Below, piece by piece: positions 1-9,770 of a stretch of DNA of 64,000 nt. This DNA is from Dehalococcoidia bacterium (GTDB lineage: Bacteria > Chloroflexota > Dehalococcoidia > UBA2979), in assembly GCA_963667465.2 (NCBI GenBank), contig CAXXDN010000002.1, forward strand, positions 544,001 through 608,000, written 5' to 3'. Numbering within the stretch: the first letter of the stretch is position 1; each line of letters opens with the position of its first letter. The notes beneath the pieces were generated by a model that searched no databases, was not told where the DNA came from, and saw nothing but the letters and a program-made list of their open reading frames with translations. Both the position numbers and the translations under genes were made by a program.

Positions 1-595
1 GCTGCGTCGCCCGCTCGCCGAGGGCGCGCAGCGCCTCGGCGATCAGCGCGCCCGCGCCATCGCCCTGCACCTGCGTCGGCTGCACGATCACCTCGGCGAT
101 CGGCCAGCGCCGGCCCAGCACGTCGAGCACGTCGTGCAGCACCGCGCCGGCGGCCGAGGTGACGACGCCGACGCGTTGCGGGAAGGCGGGCAGCGGGCGC
201 TTGCGCTCCGGCGCCAGCAGCCCGTCCGCCTCGAACAGCGCACGCAGCCGCTCGAACTCCGCGGCCTGCGCCCCGGTGCCCTCGGGCTGCACGAACTCGA
301 CGATGAAGGAGAGCTCGCCGCGCGGCTCGTAGACGGAGAGCGAGCCGTAGACGACGACCGAGGCGCCCTCGGCGAGCCGCTCTCGCTGGCCGATGTTGCG
401 CTGACGGAAGAAGGCGCAGCGCAACCCGGCCCGGGCCTGCTCGTCGCTGAGCGTGAAGTAGATGTGCCCCGAGGAGGCCGCCGTGAGGTTGCGCACCTCG
501 CCCGCGACCCAGATCTGCGAGAGGTGGCGGTTGGCCTCGATCAGCTCGCGCAGGTAGCGGGTGACCTGGCGAACCGGGTAGACCTCGGGAGGCAT
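1..595 (-). CDS. xseA: Exodeoxyribonuclease VII large subunit, 5' part (runs off the window)
   Basis: Manual translation from ATG at 595: MPPEVYPVRQVTRYLRELIE...IWVAGEVRNL..SSGHIYFTLSD...RKRPLPAFPQRVGVVTSAAGAVLHD, the typical XseA OB-fold and catalytic-domain start. Not in the ORF track because it is partial. Confidence 0.93.
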   Translation of the reverse strand, partial: MPPEVYPVRQVTRYLRELIEANRHLSQIWVAGEVRNLTAASSGHIYFTLSDEQARAGLRCAFFRQRNIGQRERLAEGASVVVYGSLSVYEPRGELSFIVEFVQPEGTGAQAAEFERLRALFEADGLLAPERKRPLPAFPQRVGVVTSAAGAVLHDVLDVLGRRWPIAEVIVQPTQVQGDGAGALIAEALRALGERATQ

Positions 596-617
596 CGCGT
601 GCGCCCTCGATGGCCCG

Positions 618-1181
618 CTAGGCGGTGGAGGTCCGCTCGAGGTACCCACTGCCCGAGGTGGAAACCTTGATCGTGTCGCCGCGGTTGATGAACAGCGGCA
701 CGTCGACGACCAGACCGGTCTCCAGCGTCGCCTGCTTCGTCGCGCCGGTCGCGGTGTCGCCCTTCACGCCGGGTTCCGCCTCGGTGATGAGCAGGGTGAC
801 GGCGGCGGGCAGCTCGACGCCGAGCGCCTCCTCGCCGTAGGTCAGCACCTGGACGATGTCGTTCTCCTTCAGGTAGGGGAGCTGGTCGTCGATCAGCGCG
901 CGCGGTACGAGGATCTGGTCGTAGTTTTCGGTGTTCATGAACGTCAGCATCTCGCCGTCGGAGTAGAGGTACTGCATCGCGCGGCGCTCGACGCGCGCGG
1001 CGGTCAGCTTCTCGCCGGCGTTGAAGGTGCGCTCGATCTGGTGGCCGGCTCGCAGGTCGCGCAGCTTCACGCGGTAGACGGCCGACTTCTTGGTCTTGAT
1101 GTGGTGCGCCTCGACCACCTGGTAGAGCGTGCCGTCCACCTCGACGGTCGTCCCGCGCCGCAGATCGCCGCTTCCGATCAC
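618..1181 (-). CDS. efp: Translation elongation factor P
   Basis: C-terminal part of ORF 618..1982: (V)IGSGDLRRG...MQYLYSDG..FMNTENYDQ...EPGVKGDTATGATKQATLETG..VPLFI. The GTG start at 1181 overlaps the upstream stop; 187 aa. Confidence 0.95.
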   Translation of the reverse strand: MIGSGDLRRGTTVEVDGTLYQVVEAHHIKTKKSAVYRVKLRDLRAGHQIERTFNAGEKLTAARVERRAMQYLYSDGEMLTFMNTENYDQILVPRALIDDQLPYLKENDIVQVLTYGEEALGVELPAAVTLLITEAEPGVKGDTATGATKQATLETGLVVDVPLFINRGDTIKVSTSGSGYLERTSTA

Positions 1182-2311
1182 GAGGCCACCCCCACTCCGA
1201 ACCCAACTGATGGTCGCACTTGCAGATCCAGTTTCGGCGCGCGCGACAGTACGCGCAGCCGTCCGTCCTCCATCACGCACTGATCCTCGATGCGCACGCC
1301 GCCCCAGCCGGGGAAGTAGGCGCCCGGCTCGACCGTCACGACGTGCCCGTCGGCCAGCACGTCGCCCGAGTCGGCCGCGAGCCGCGGCGCCTCGTGGACC
1401 TCGAGGCCGACACCGTGGCCGAGGCCGTGCGTGAAGGCCTCGCCGTAGCCGAACTCGCTGAGGACGGTCGCCGCGATCGCGTGCGCAGCGGCGCCGCTCA
1501 TGCCCGCCTCGATTCGCTCGACGGCCATCGTCTGGGCGGTCAGGACTGCATCGTACACCCGTGCGAAGCGCGCATCCGGCTCGCCGGCGAAGACGGTGCG
1601 CGTCAGGTCCGAGCAGTAGCCGTCGACGACCACGCCGAGGTCCATGACCACGCCCTGTCCGGCCTCGACGGCGACGTCGCGAGGGCGCGCGTGCGCCATC
1701 GAGCCGTGCGGTCCGGCGGCGATGATCGTCTCGAAGGAGAGGCGCTCGGCGCCGTGCTGCAGGGCGTGGCGCTGCACCTCCCACGCCAGTTCGCGCTCGC
1801 TGACGCCGGGCCGCAGTTGCGCGGCCGCGTGCGCGAACGCCTCGTCGCCGAGCCGCACCGCGCGTGTGATCGCCTCGAGCTCTCCGGCGTCCTTGATCGC
1901 GCGCAGCGGCTCGATGGCGTCTCGCAGCGGCGTGAGCTGCGGGCGGTCTGAGGGCGGAAGCGATTCGATCGCCTCGGCCCACTCGGCGTGCTCCGCGACC
2001 GTCATCTGCGCTGCCTCGATGGCGACGGCGTTGCCGCCGAGCCCGGCGAGGAGGTCCGCCGCGAACGAGTCGATCCGCCGCAGCGGGGCCGCGACGAGCG
2101 CGAAGGCGGGCGCCTGTCGCCGCGCCTGCTCGTGGTAGCGGCCATCGGTGGCGATGCGCGCGGCCTCGGAGCTCACGAGCAGCACACCGGCCGAGCCCGT
2201 GAAGCCGGAGAGCCAGCGGCGGTTCGCCGGCGTGGTCACCAGCAGCGCGTCGACCTCGAGCGTGTCGAGCCGCTCGCGCAGGCGCGCGAGGCGTGAGGGG
2301 GCAGCGCTCAC
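1178..2311 (-). CDS. Xaa-Pro aminopeptidase (M24B family)
   Basis: Creatinase-like N-domain (NRRWLSGFTGS) and metal motifs DGYCSDLTRT, HGLGHGVGLEVHE, TVEPG..GVRIED. Usual position upstream of efp. Confidence 0.93.
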   Translation of the reverse strand: MSAAPSRLARLRERLDTLEVDALLVTTPANRRWLSGFTGSAGVLLVSSEAARIATDGRYHEQARRQAPAFALVAAPLRRIDSFAADLLAGLGGNAVAIEAAQMTVAEHAEWAEAIESLPPSDRPQLTPLRDAIEPLRAIKDAGELEAITRAVRLGDEAFAHAAAQLRPGVSERELAWEVQRHALQHGAERLSFETIIAAGPHGSMAHARPRDVAVEAGQGVVMDLGVVVDGYCSDLTRTVFAGEPDARFARVYDAVLTAQTMAVERIEAGMSGAAAHAIAATVLSEFGYGEAFTHGLGHGVGLEVHEAPRLAADSGDVLADGHVVTVEPGAYFPGWGGVRIEDQCVMEDGRLRVLSRAPKLDLQVRPSVGFGVGVAS

Positions 2312-2751
2312 TCGCCGGCGCCTTCGCTCAGCCGCGCGTGCAGCAGGTCGAGCGCGGCCAGGTAGCCACGGAAGCCGAAGCCGCTGATCAGGCCCCAGGC
2401 GTGAGGCGCGGTCAGCGACTGGCGGCGGATCTCCTCGCGCGCGTGGATGTTGCTCAGGTGCACCTCGACGACCGGGGGCTCGAAGGCGGCGAGCGCATCG
2501 GCGAGGGCGAGCGAGGTGTGGGTGTAGGCGGCGGCGTTGAGGATCACGCCGTCCCGATCGCGGTGCGCCTGGAGCAGGTCGACCAGCTCACCTTCGGAGT
2601 TGGACTGGGCGAACTCGATCGCGATGCCCAGCTCGGCAGCGCGCGCGCGGCACTGCTGCTCGAGGGTGGCAAGGGTGTCGCTGCCGTAAATCTCCGGCTC
2701 GCGCTCGCCGAGGAGATTGAGGTTTGGGCCGTTGAGAATCAGCACGCGCAT
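2308..2751 (-). CDS. aroQ: Type II 3-dehydroquinate dehydratase
   Basis: LNGPNLNLLGEREPEIYG, QSNSEG, NAAAYTHTS, EVHLSNIHARE signatures. Confidence 0.97.
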   Translation of the reverse strand: MRVLILNGPNLNLLGEREPEIYGSDTLATLEQQCRARAAELGIAIEFAQSNSEGELVDLLQAHRDRDGVILNAAAYTHTSLALADALAAFEPPVVEVHLSNIHAREEIRRQSLTAPHAWGLISGFGFRGYLAALDLLHARLSEGAGE

Positions 2752-2777
2752 GGCGGTCGGTTCCTTCAGTCGGTCCT

Positions 2778-3770
2778 TCAGCCGGTCTTCGCCTCGTTCG
2801 TTTCGCGGTCGCCGTCGCGCTCGACAGCGCGTGCGCGGGCCAGCGCCGCGGAGACGATCGCCTCCTTCCGGGAGCCGGTCACCGCGGTGTAGATCTGCGT
2901 CGTGTCCGCCGAGGCGTGCCCCAGCAGTTGCTGCACGATTCGCAGGTCGGCGCCCTCGTCCAGCATATGCGTCGCGAAACTGTGGCGCAGCAGGTGCGGA
3001 TGCACGCGCTGGCGCACGGACGCCGCCATCCCCGCCGAGCGCACCATCGACTGGATCGAGCGCGCCGAAAGCCGCCCGCCGGAGCGGTTGAGGAACAGCG
3101 CCGCCTCGGCGCCGCGCGCCAGTTGCGGGCGGCCTCGATCGAGATAGTCGCGCAGCGCGTCGCGCGCCGGCCGACCGAAGAGCGCGATGCGCTGGCGCTT
3201 GCCTTTGCCGGTGACGCGCACCTGCCGGTTCGCGAGATCGAGGTCGGAGCTGTCCAGCGCGGCGGCCTCGCTGACGCGCAGGCCCGCGCCGTAGAGCAGC
3301 TCCAGCAGCGCGCGGTCACGCAGCCCGGCGGGCGTGTCGTCCTGGGGAGCGGTCATCAGGTCGCCGGCTTCCTCGCCGGAGAGGATCTGCGGAAGGCGAT
3401 TCGGGGCCTTCGGTGAGCGCAGCCGCAGGATCGAGTCGCCGGGCTGCCCCGGCCGCAGCTCGCCCTCGCGATCGAGCCAGCCGTAGAACGCGCGGATCGT
3501 CGAGGCGATGCGCTTGACCGAGGCGGGCGCGCGGTGCTCGCCCTGCAGCAGCAGCCCCAGGTAGGTCCGCGCCTGCTCGCGTCCGGCCTCGTCGAACTCG
3601 ACCCCCGCGCCGGCGAGGTGCGAGAAGAAGCCGCCCAGGTCGTCGCGGTAGTTGCGGATCGTGCGCTCCGAGCGCTGTCTCACAAGCGCGAGCTCGCCGA
3701 GGTAGCGTTCGAGCGTCTCGAGGGCGCGAGCGTCTGGGGGCGGTGGTTCGGGGGTACGCGGCTCCGACAC
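2778..3770 (-). CDS. xerC: Tyrosine recombinase XerC/XerD
   Basis: RDRALLELLYGAGLRVSE, GKGKRQR, HPHLLRHSFATHML..GADLR.VQQLLGH...TTQIY. dprA-topA-xerC context. Confidence 0.88.
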   Translation of the reverse strand: MSEPRTPEPPPPDARALETLERYLGELALVRQRSERTIRNYRDDLGGFFSHLAGAGVEFDEAGREQARTYLGLLLQGEHRAPASVKRIASTIRAFYGWLDREGELRPGQPGDSILRLRSPKAPNRLPQILSGEEAGDLMTAPQDDTPAGLRDRALLELLYGAGLRVSEAAALDSSDLDLANRQVRVTGKGKRQRIALFGRPARDALRDYLDRGRPQLARGAEAALFLNRSGGRLSARSIQSMVRSAGMAASVRQRVHPHLLRHSFATHMLDEGADLRIVQQLLGHASADTTQIYTAVTGSRKEAIVSAALARARAVERDGDRETNEAKTG

Positions 3771-3834
3771 CGTCAGTCTCCGGTGTGCTCCGTAACCCCG
3801 CGCATCGAGCGTAGCACGACAGCCGGGCAGGAGA

Positions 3835-6555
3835 TCAGGCGGAGCGCCTCTTCGGCGAGCGTCCGCCGCGCCGCGCCCCGCCGCCGCGCCTGCCGCGCTG
3901 CTGCTTCGGCGCGCGCGGATCCTGGCCCTGCTCGCGCATGCGCTCCTCGCGGGCCGCGATCAGGCCGAGGGCCTCGTCGAGCGTGACTGTCGAGGGCTCC
4001 TGTCCCCGCCGCAAGGAGGCGTTGACCTGGCCGTCGGTGACGTACGGGCCGTAGCGCCCGTTGCGCAGTTCGATGCTCGCGCCGCTGTCCGGGTGCTGGC
4101 CGAGCACCGCGAGCGGCCCTGCCGCCGCGCCGCGGCCCCGGCGCTTCGGCTCCTTGAGCAGCTGTATCGACTCGTCGAACTCGATGGCGCGCAGGTGTTC
4201 GTGGTCGCGCAGGCTGCGGGTCTCCTTGCCGGCGCGGATGAACGGGCCGTAGCGCCCGTCCATGGCCGCGATCTCCTCGCCGCTCTCGGGGTGCTCGCCG
4301 AGGATCCGCGGGTAGGACAGCAGCTCGAACGCCTGGTCCGCCGTCAGGGTCTCGATGCTCATCTCGGGCCAGAGGCTGGCGCGCTTCGGCTTGCCCTTGT
4401 TGTCGTCGTTCTCGCCGACCTGCACGTAGGGCCCGTTCGGCCCGCTCTTGACGTAGATCGGCTTGCCGCTCTCGTCGTCGGTCGCCACGACGCGCCCGCC
4501 GCGGGCAGCCTCGGCCAGCAGCTCGAGGGCGCGCTCGATGGTCAGTTCGTCCGGCGCCTGGTCGTCGGGGATGGTGGCCCGCTGCTCGCCCTCGCCGGCC
4601 TCGAGGTAGGGACCGTAGCGCCCGACGCGCGCGGCGATCGTGCGCCCCTCGGCGTCCTCGCCAAGCGGGATGGTCGAGATCGCCCGCGCGTCGATCGCCT
4701 CCCAGCTGGAGTCGATACGCTGCTTGAGGCCCGCTGCCGCGAGGCCACTACCGGCCTCGCTGTCGTCGCCGAAGTAGAAGCGGTGCAGCCACGGCTCGCG
4801 CTCGAGCTCGCCTCCGGCGATGCGGTCGAGGTCGTCCTCCATCCGCGCCGTGAACTCGAGATCCACGAGGTCGCCGAAGTGCTGCTCCAGCAGCGCGACG
4901 ACGGCGAACGCGGTCAGCGTCGGCGTCAGCGCCGAGCCCTGCTTCCAGACGTAGCCGCGGTCCTGCACCGTCTGGATGATCGAGGCGTAGGTGGAGGGCC
5001 GCCCGATGCCGCGCTCCTCCAGCTCGCGCACGAGGCTGGCCTCAGTGTAGCGGGCGGGCGGTCGGGTTTCGTGGCCGCGCGCCTCGGCGGAGACGCCGCG
5101 CAGCGTCTGGCCCTCGGTGAGCGGCGGCAGGATGCGCTCCCGGTCGTCGAGGGCGGCGTCGGGGTCGTCCGAGCCCTCGACGTAGGCGCGCAGGTAGCCG
5201 GGGAAGTCGATCACCTTGCCGGAGACCGCGAACAGCGCCGCGCCGTGGTCGCCGGCGTCGGCGCGGAGGCGGACGTTCGTGGTCCGTCCGCGGGCGTTCT
5301 CCATCTGCGAGGCGACCGTGCGCTTCCAGATCAGGTCGTAGAGGCGCAGCTCGTCGGGGCGCAGCGCGCCGCGCAGGCTGTCCGGCGTGCGGAAGATGTC
5401 GCCGGCAGGGCGGATCGCCTCGTGCGCCTCCTGTGCGCCGCGCGAGCGCGTCCGGTAGCGGCGCGGCTGCTCGGGCACGTAGGCGTCTCCGTAGAGGTCG
5501 CGCGCCTGCCTGCGGGCGGCGTTGATCGCCTGCTCGGAGAGGTTCACCGAGTCCGTGCGCATGTAGGTGATGTAGCCGTTCTCGTAGAGGTTCTGCGCGG
5601 TGCGCATCGTGCGCTGCGCGGTGAAGCTCAGCTTGCGTCCCGCCTCCTGCTGGAGGCTCGAGGTGATGAACGGGGGCGACGGCCGCTGCGTGTAGGGCTG
5701 CTCGTCGACCTCGACGACCGTGTACTCCGCCGTCGCCACCGCGGTGGCGACGGCGCTCGCGCGCTCCTCGTCGAGCTGCACCACCGTGGCGCCCTCGCGG
5801 AGCTGCCCGGTCTCCGGGTCGAAGTCGCCCCCCCTCGCGAGCCGCTGCCCGCCGAGCTCGGCGAGGCGCGCGCCGAAGGGCTCCGAGGGCGGAACCTCCT
5901 GCTCGCTGCGCACCACCGAGCGGACGTCCCAGAACGAGGCGCTGGCGAAGCGCATGCGCTCACGCTCACGCGCGACGATCAGCCGGATCGCCGCCGACTG
6001 CACGCGCCCCGCCGAGAGGCGCGGCTGGATCTTCCGCCAGAGCACCGGCGAGACCTCGTAGCCGTAGAGGCGATCGAGGACGCGGCGCGCCTCCTGTGCG
6101 GAAACGAGGTGCTCGTCGATCTCGCGTGGGTTGCTGAGCGCCTCGGCGATCGCCCGCTCGGTGATCTCGTGGAAGACCATGCGGCGCACCGGCGCCTTCG
6201 GCTTGAGCACCTCGGCGAGGTGCCAGGCGATCGCCTCGCCCTCGCGGTCCTCGTCCGTGGCGAGGTAGAGCTCGCTCGCCTCGCGCGTCAGTTTGCGCAG
6301 CTTGCTGACCTGCTGCTTCTTGTCGGTCGGGATCTCGTAGCGCGGCTTGAAGCCGTCCTCGATGTCCACGGCGTCGTTGCCGGACGGCAGGTCGCGGATG
6401 TGCCCGATCGAGGACTCGACGACGTACTCGGGCCCGAGGAAGCCGGCGATCGTGCGCGCCTTGGCCGGCGACTCGACGATCACGAGGCGCGTGCCGCCGT
6501 TGCCGGTGGCGTCCGCTGCCTTGCGTCTGCGTCCGCGCGTCGGGCTGCTGGTCAA
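3835..6555 (-). CDS. topA: DNA topoisomerase I (type IA) with C-terminal repeats
   Basis: LVIVESPAKA, ATDEDREGEAIAWHL, SAGRVQS, GYITYMRTDS, AQEAHEAIRP, GIGRPSTYASI and C-terminal GRYGPY repeats. Confidence 0.97.
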   Translation of the reverse strand: MTSSPTRGRRRKAADATGNGGTRLVIVESPAKARTIAGFLGPEYVVESSIGHIRDLPSGNDAVDIEDGFKPRYEIPTDKKQQVSKLRKLTREASELYLATDEDREGEAIAWHLAEVLKPKAPVRRMVFHEITERAIAEALSNPREIDEHLVSAQEARRVLDRLYGYEVSPVLWRKIQPRLSAGRVQSAAIRLIVARERERMRFASASFWDVRSVVRSEQEVPPSEPFGARLAELGGQRLARGGDFDPETGQLREGATVVQLDEERASAVATAVATAEYTVVEVDEQPYTQRPSPPFITSSLQQEAGRKLSFTAQRTMRTAQNLYENGYITYMRTDSVNLSEQAINAARRQARDLYGDAYVPEQPRRYRTRSRGAQEAHEAIRPAGDIFRTPDSLRGALRPDELRLYDLIWKRTVASQMENARGRTTNVRLRADAGDHGAALFAVSGKVIDFPGYLRAYVEGSDDPDAALDDRERILPPLTEGQTLRGVSAEARGHETRPPARYTEASLVRELEERGIGRPSTYASIIQTVQDRGYVWKQGSALTPTLTAFAVVALLEQHFGDLVDLEFTARMEDDLDRIAGGELEREPWLHRFYFGDDSEAGSGLAAAGLKQRIDSSWEAIDARAISTIPLGEDAEGRTIAARVGRYGPYLEAGEGEQRATIPDDQAPDELTIERALELLAEAARGGRVVATDDESGKPIYVKSGPNGPYVQVGENDDNKGKPKRASLWPEMSIETLTADQAFELLSYPRILGEHPESGEEIAAMDGRYGPFIRAGKETRSLRDHEHLRAIEFDESIQLLKEPKRRGRGAAAGPLAVLGQHPDSGASIELRNGRYGPYVTDGQVNASLRRGQEPSTVTLDEALGLIAAREERMREQGQDPRAPKQQRGRRGGGARRGGRSPKRRSA

Positions 6556-7715
6556 GGCGTTGTCTCCTGCTTCGGTGGAGTCGATCCGGCTTCGTACGCG
6601 GGGGCTGGTTCGCGCACCCGGACGTATTGCATGCCGCCCAGATCGCGCACCTGCCCCTTGAGTTCAAGCAATGCGAGCGTAGCCGAGACCCGGGCTGCGG
6701 CCAAACCGCTATCGCGCACGACCTCGTCGACGTGCCTCGGTTCGCGGGTGAGCACCTCCATCAAGGCGCGCTCATCCTCGCTCGCCGGGGGCGCGGTGCG
6801 ACCGAAGTCCATCTGCGCGCCGATCATCGTCAGATTCAGCGCTTCGAGGACGTGCTCGACGCTCGCGACCGGCGTCGCGCCGTCGCGGATCAGCGAGAGC
6901 GGCCCGCGTGATTGCGGCGCGAAGATCGAGCCTGGTACCGCGAACACCTCGCGGTTCTGCTCGCCGGCGAAGCGCGCGGTGATCATCGCCCCGCTCTTCA
7001 CGTCGCCCTCGACGACGAGCGTGCCGAGGGCGACGCCGGACATGATGCGGTTGCGGCGTGGGAAGAACTCGGCGCGCGGCTTGGTGCCCAGCGGGTAGTC
7101 GCTGATCAGCGCGCCCGCCTCGGCGATCTCGCTCGCCAGGCCGCGGTTCTCCGGCGGGTAGACCGTGTCCAGGCCGTTCGCCAGCACGGCGATCGTGCGC
7201 CCGCCGGCGTCCAGCGCCGCACGGTGCGCGATCGTGTCGATGCCGCGCGCGAGGCCGGAGACGACCGTTACGCCGTTCGTGGCGAGGTCGCGCGCGAACT
7301 CACCGGCGGCTTGCCGCCCGTAGGCCGTCGCGCGTCGCGTGCCGACGAGCGCAAGCGCCCACTCGTCCTGCGGCGTCAGCGTACCGTGCACGTAGATGAC
7401 CGGCGGCGGGTCGGCGATCTCGCGCAGCCGCGAGGGGTAGGCCGAGTGGAAGCGCGGGATAGGCCGCACGCCCGCCTCCTCGAGGCGCTCCAGTTCCCGC
7501 TGCGGATCGATCTCCGGCCTCCGCGCGATCACGAGGTCCACCGTCGCCGCGTCCAGCCCGGCCGCGCGGAGCGCCGCGCCGTCGGCCTTCCACGCCTCCT
7601 CGAGCGAGGGGAACGCCCGCTCGAGCAGCCCGAAGCGCACGGAGCCGAGGCGGGAGATGCGGTGGAAGGCGACCCACCACGCCAGACCATTTGTTCTCAC
7701 ATCGTCCATGAGCAC
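6552..7715 (-). CDS. dprA: DNA-processing protein DprA
   Basis: VGTRRATAYG, VSGLARGIDT.AH, FPRRNRIMSG, SGAMITA, VFAVPGSI and a C-terminal winged helix. Confidence 0.96.
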   Translation of the reverse strand: MLMDDVRTNGLAWWVAFHRISRLGSVRFGLLERAFPSLEEAWKADGAALRAAGLDAATVDLVIARRPEIDPQRELERLEEAGVRPIPRFHSAYPSRLREIADPPPVIYVHGTLTPQDEWALALVGTRRATAYGRQAAGEFARDLATNGVTVVSGLARGIDTIAHRAALDAGGRTIAVLANGLDTVYPPENRGLASEIAEAGALISDYPLGTKPRAEFFPRRNRIMSGVALGTLVVEGDVKSGAMITARFAGEQNREVFAVPGSIFAPQSRGPLSLIRDGATPVASVEHVLEALNLTMIGAQMDFGRTAPPASEDERALMEVLTREPRHVDEVVRDSGLAAARVSATLALLELKGQVRDLGGMQYVRVREPAPAYEAGSTPPKQETTP

Positions 7716-7768
7716 AGCCTACCAGCCGTTGGCAAGGGGGCAAGTCTTGAGAGGCCGATGTTGGCCCG

Positions 7769-8179
7769 CTATGCCTCGCTGTTCACCGTGAGGCCGGGAA
7801 TGTCGCTGAAGTCCCGGCGGTTGTGCGTCACGACGGGGCACTGGAGCCACAGCGCCGTCGCCGCGATCCACGCATCGGCAGTCTCGATCTCGCGCCCGAT
7901 GCGACGCCGATGCGCGCGCAACTGAGCGAATCGCTCTGCCATCTGAAGGTGGAACGGAGCCACTGCATAACGGCGCACCTCGCGACGGAGTCGGTCCAGG
8001 CGCGTGTCGCCCCAGCCTCGCTGATATGCGCCTTGTAGCAATTCGGCAACGGTCTGAAACGAGAGCACCGCGACGCGCCCTTCGACATGCGCGCGATAGC
8101 GGTCGGCGAGTGGGTGCGCATGGAAGATGTACGAGAAGACGTCGGTGTCGACGAGGACTGGGGTAGGCGCTGGCTGTAC
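7769..8179 (-). CDS. vapC: PIN-domain (VapC-like) toxin lacking a canonical start codon; possible pseudogene
   Basis: The frame of ORF 7769..8068 extends upstream through PVLVDTDVFSY (first PIN Asp). It has the later motifs TVAEL, DAWIAATAL, VTHNRRDF. No ATG/GTG/TTG lies between the upstream in-frame TGA and the VDTD motif. Confidence 0.8.
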   Translation of the reverse strand, partial: VQPAPTPVLVDTDVFSYIFHAHPLADRYRAHVEGRVAVLSFQTVAELLQGAYQRGWGDTRLDRLRREVRRYAVAPFHLQMAERFAQLRAHRRRIGREIETADAWIAATALWLQCPVVTHNRRDFSDIPGLTVNSEA

Positions 8180-8391
8180 TACTGGAGACTCCCATCACCG
8201 AAGATCGCATCGAGGAACGCCTCGACATCCTCTGGATCTTCGATGTCCGATGGGTCCGGGAAGGTGTAGGGGGCTACCCCTGACTGCCGAGTGAACTCGT
8301 CCGGAGCCGGCGAATGCCAGAATGAGTCGTCCGGGATTGCCGGCTCGGCCGCTTCAGCGTCCAGGACCTGTGCGTTGCGCCTGCTGCTCAC
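8179..8391 (-). CDS. Putative antitoxin of the adjacent PIN toxin
   Basis: 70-aa acidic ORF whose stop abuts the PIN gene; typical type II TA layout. Confidence 0.6.
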   Translation of the reverse strand: MSSRRNAQVLDAEAAEPAIPDDSFWHSPAPDEFTRQSGVAPYTFPDPSDIEDPEDVEAFLDAIFGDGSLQ

Positions 8392-8467
8392 CGGTCAAGT
8401 CTCCCGCTGCGAGTTGCTCTGCGCATCCAGTCTACCGGACTGCCTGCGGGTGTGAACCGACCTCCGC

Positions 8468-9745
8468 CTACCCCGCGGCCGCCTCGTCCACCGGCGGGTG
8501 GTGGGTGACGCGGACGCGGCGGATGCGGCGGCCGTGGATGGACAGCACCTCGAGGTCCAGGCTGTGCTCCACGCTGCTCACGTGGTCTCCCGGCACGGCG
8601 AGGCGGCCGAGCAGCGAGAACACGAAGCCTCCAACCGTGTCGAAGTCCTCGTTGTGGATCTCGGCGCCGAACAGCTCGTTGAGGTCGTCGATCGCGAAGC
8701 GTGCGTCGACGATCGCCTCGTCCTCGGAGATCACCTCGACCTCGACCTCCTCGGTGTCGTACTCGTCGGCGATCTCGCCGACGATCTCTTCGAGCACGTC
8801 CTCGACGGTCACGAGGCCGGCAGTGCCGCCGTACTCATCGACGACGATCGCGACGTGCGTCTGGTCGCGGCGCAGGTCCGCGAGGAGCTCGTCGGTGCGT
8901 TTCGTCTCCGGTACGAAGTAGGGGGGACGCGCGATCAGGCGCAGGTTCGGCGAAGCGACGCCGCGCTGCAGGCGGGCGAGCAGGTCCTTGGCGTAGAGCA
9001 CGCCGATGATGCGGTCGATGTTCTCCTCGTAGAGGGGGATGCGGCTGAACCCGGACGAGTCCACCACTTTCATCACGTCGCCGATCGAAGCCTCGGTGGA
9101 GACGGCGACGATGTCGATGCGGGGCGACATAATCTCTCGCGCCGTCTGGCGTGACATCGCGAGGATGCCGCGCATCATGCGCCGCTCCTCGGTGAGCGTC
9201 TCAGCCCCGTCGCCGTTGGCCGGCGCCTCGAGAACGGCGAGCAGTTCGGCTGCGGGGTCGTCGGGGACTTCGGTGCGGCGGCCGGCGAGGCGGAGCAGCC
9301 CGCGGGCGGGCGTGCTCATCAGCCAGGCGAACGGCGCGAGCAGGGACGCGAGGAAGGCGATCACGCGCGCCAGGCGGTAACCGACGCCCTCCGGGCTGGC
9401 GAGCGCGATGGCGCGCGCGTTCTGGCGCAGTGCGGCGATCACGATGAGCGCGATCAGGCCGGCGGTAGCCGCCTCCAGCACGCCCGGTTCGTCGCCGATC
9501 AGCAGCAGGGCGATCCCGAGGCTGAGCGTGACCGTCGCCAGCGTCACGCCGGCGCCGAGCGCGCTCAGGATCTGCTGACGCTGCTTGATGTAGCTGTCGA
9601 AGAGGCCCGCCACGCCGTTCTCGGCGCGGATGCGGGTGCGGCGGCGGGTGATTGCGGCCACCCCCGCCTCGGCGGCCGAGATCAGCACGAGCAGCACGCC
9701 CGCCGCGATCATCACCACCAGAGCCAGAACTGTCAGGGTATCCAA
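8468..9745 (-). CDS. HlyC/CorC family (CNNM-CBS-CorC) membrane protein
   Basis: N-terminal hydrophobic helices, AREIMSPRID, SGFSRIPLY, VVDEYGGTAGLVTVEDVLEEIVGEI, DTVGGFV. Start chosen at TTG 9745. Confidence 0.9.
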   Translation of the reverse strand: MDTLTVLALVVMIAAGVLLVLISAAEAGVAAITRRRTRIRAENGVAGLFDSYIKQRQQILSALGAGVTLATVTLSLGIALLLIGDEPGVLEAATAGLIALIVIAALRQNARAIALASPEGVGYRLARVIAFLASLLAPFAWLMSTPARGLLRLAGRRTEVPDDPAAELLAVLEAPANGDGAETLTEERRMMRGILAMSRQTAREIMSPRIDIVAVSTEASIGDVMKVVDSSGFSRIPLYEENIDRIIGVLYAKDLLARLQRGVASPNLRLIARPPYFVPETKRTDELLADLRRDQTHVAIVVDEYGGTAGLVTVEDVLEEIVGEIADEYDTEEVEVEVISEDEAIVDARFAIDDLNELFGAEIHNEDFDTVGGFVFSLLGRLAVPGDHVSSVEHSLDLEVLSIHGRRIRRVRVTHHPPVDEAAAG

Positions 9746-9770
9746 ACCTGTACGAGCCGAAGGCGGCCCG

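Noticed and set aside
2778-3770. Tyrosine recombinase as a mobile-element integrase
   Set aside because: XerC/D-like length and motifs in the housekeeping dprA-topA context; no att sites or cargo.
4093-7098. Long antisense ORFs (also 11307-13727, 16189-18867, 19510-21342, 34466-36328, 38170-40608, 58873-61287)
   Set aside because: Shadow frames opposite well-supported genes, expected at high GC3; no protein motifs.
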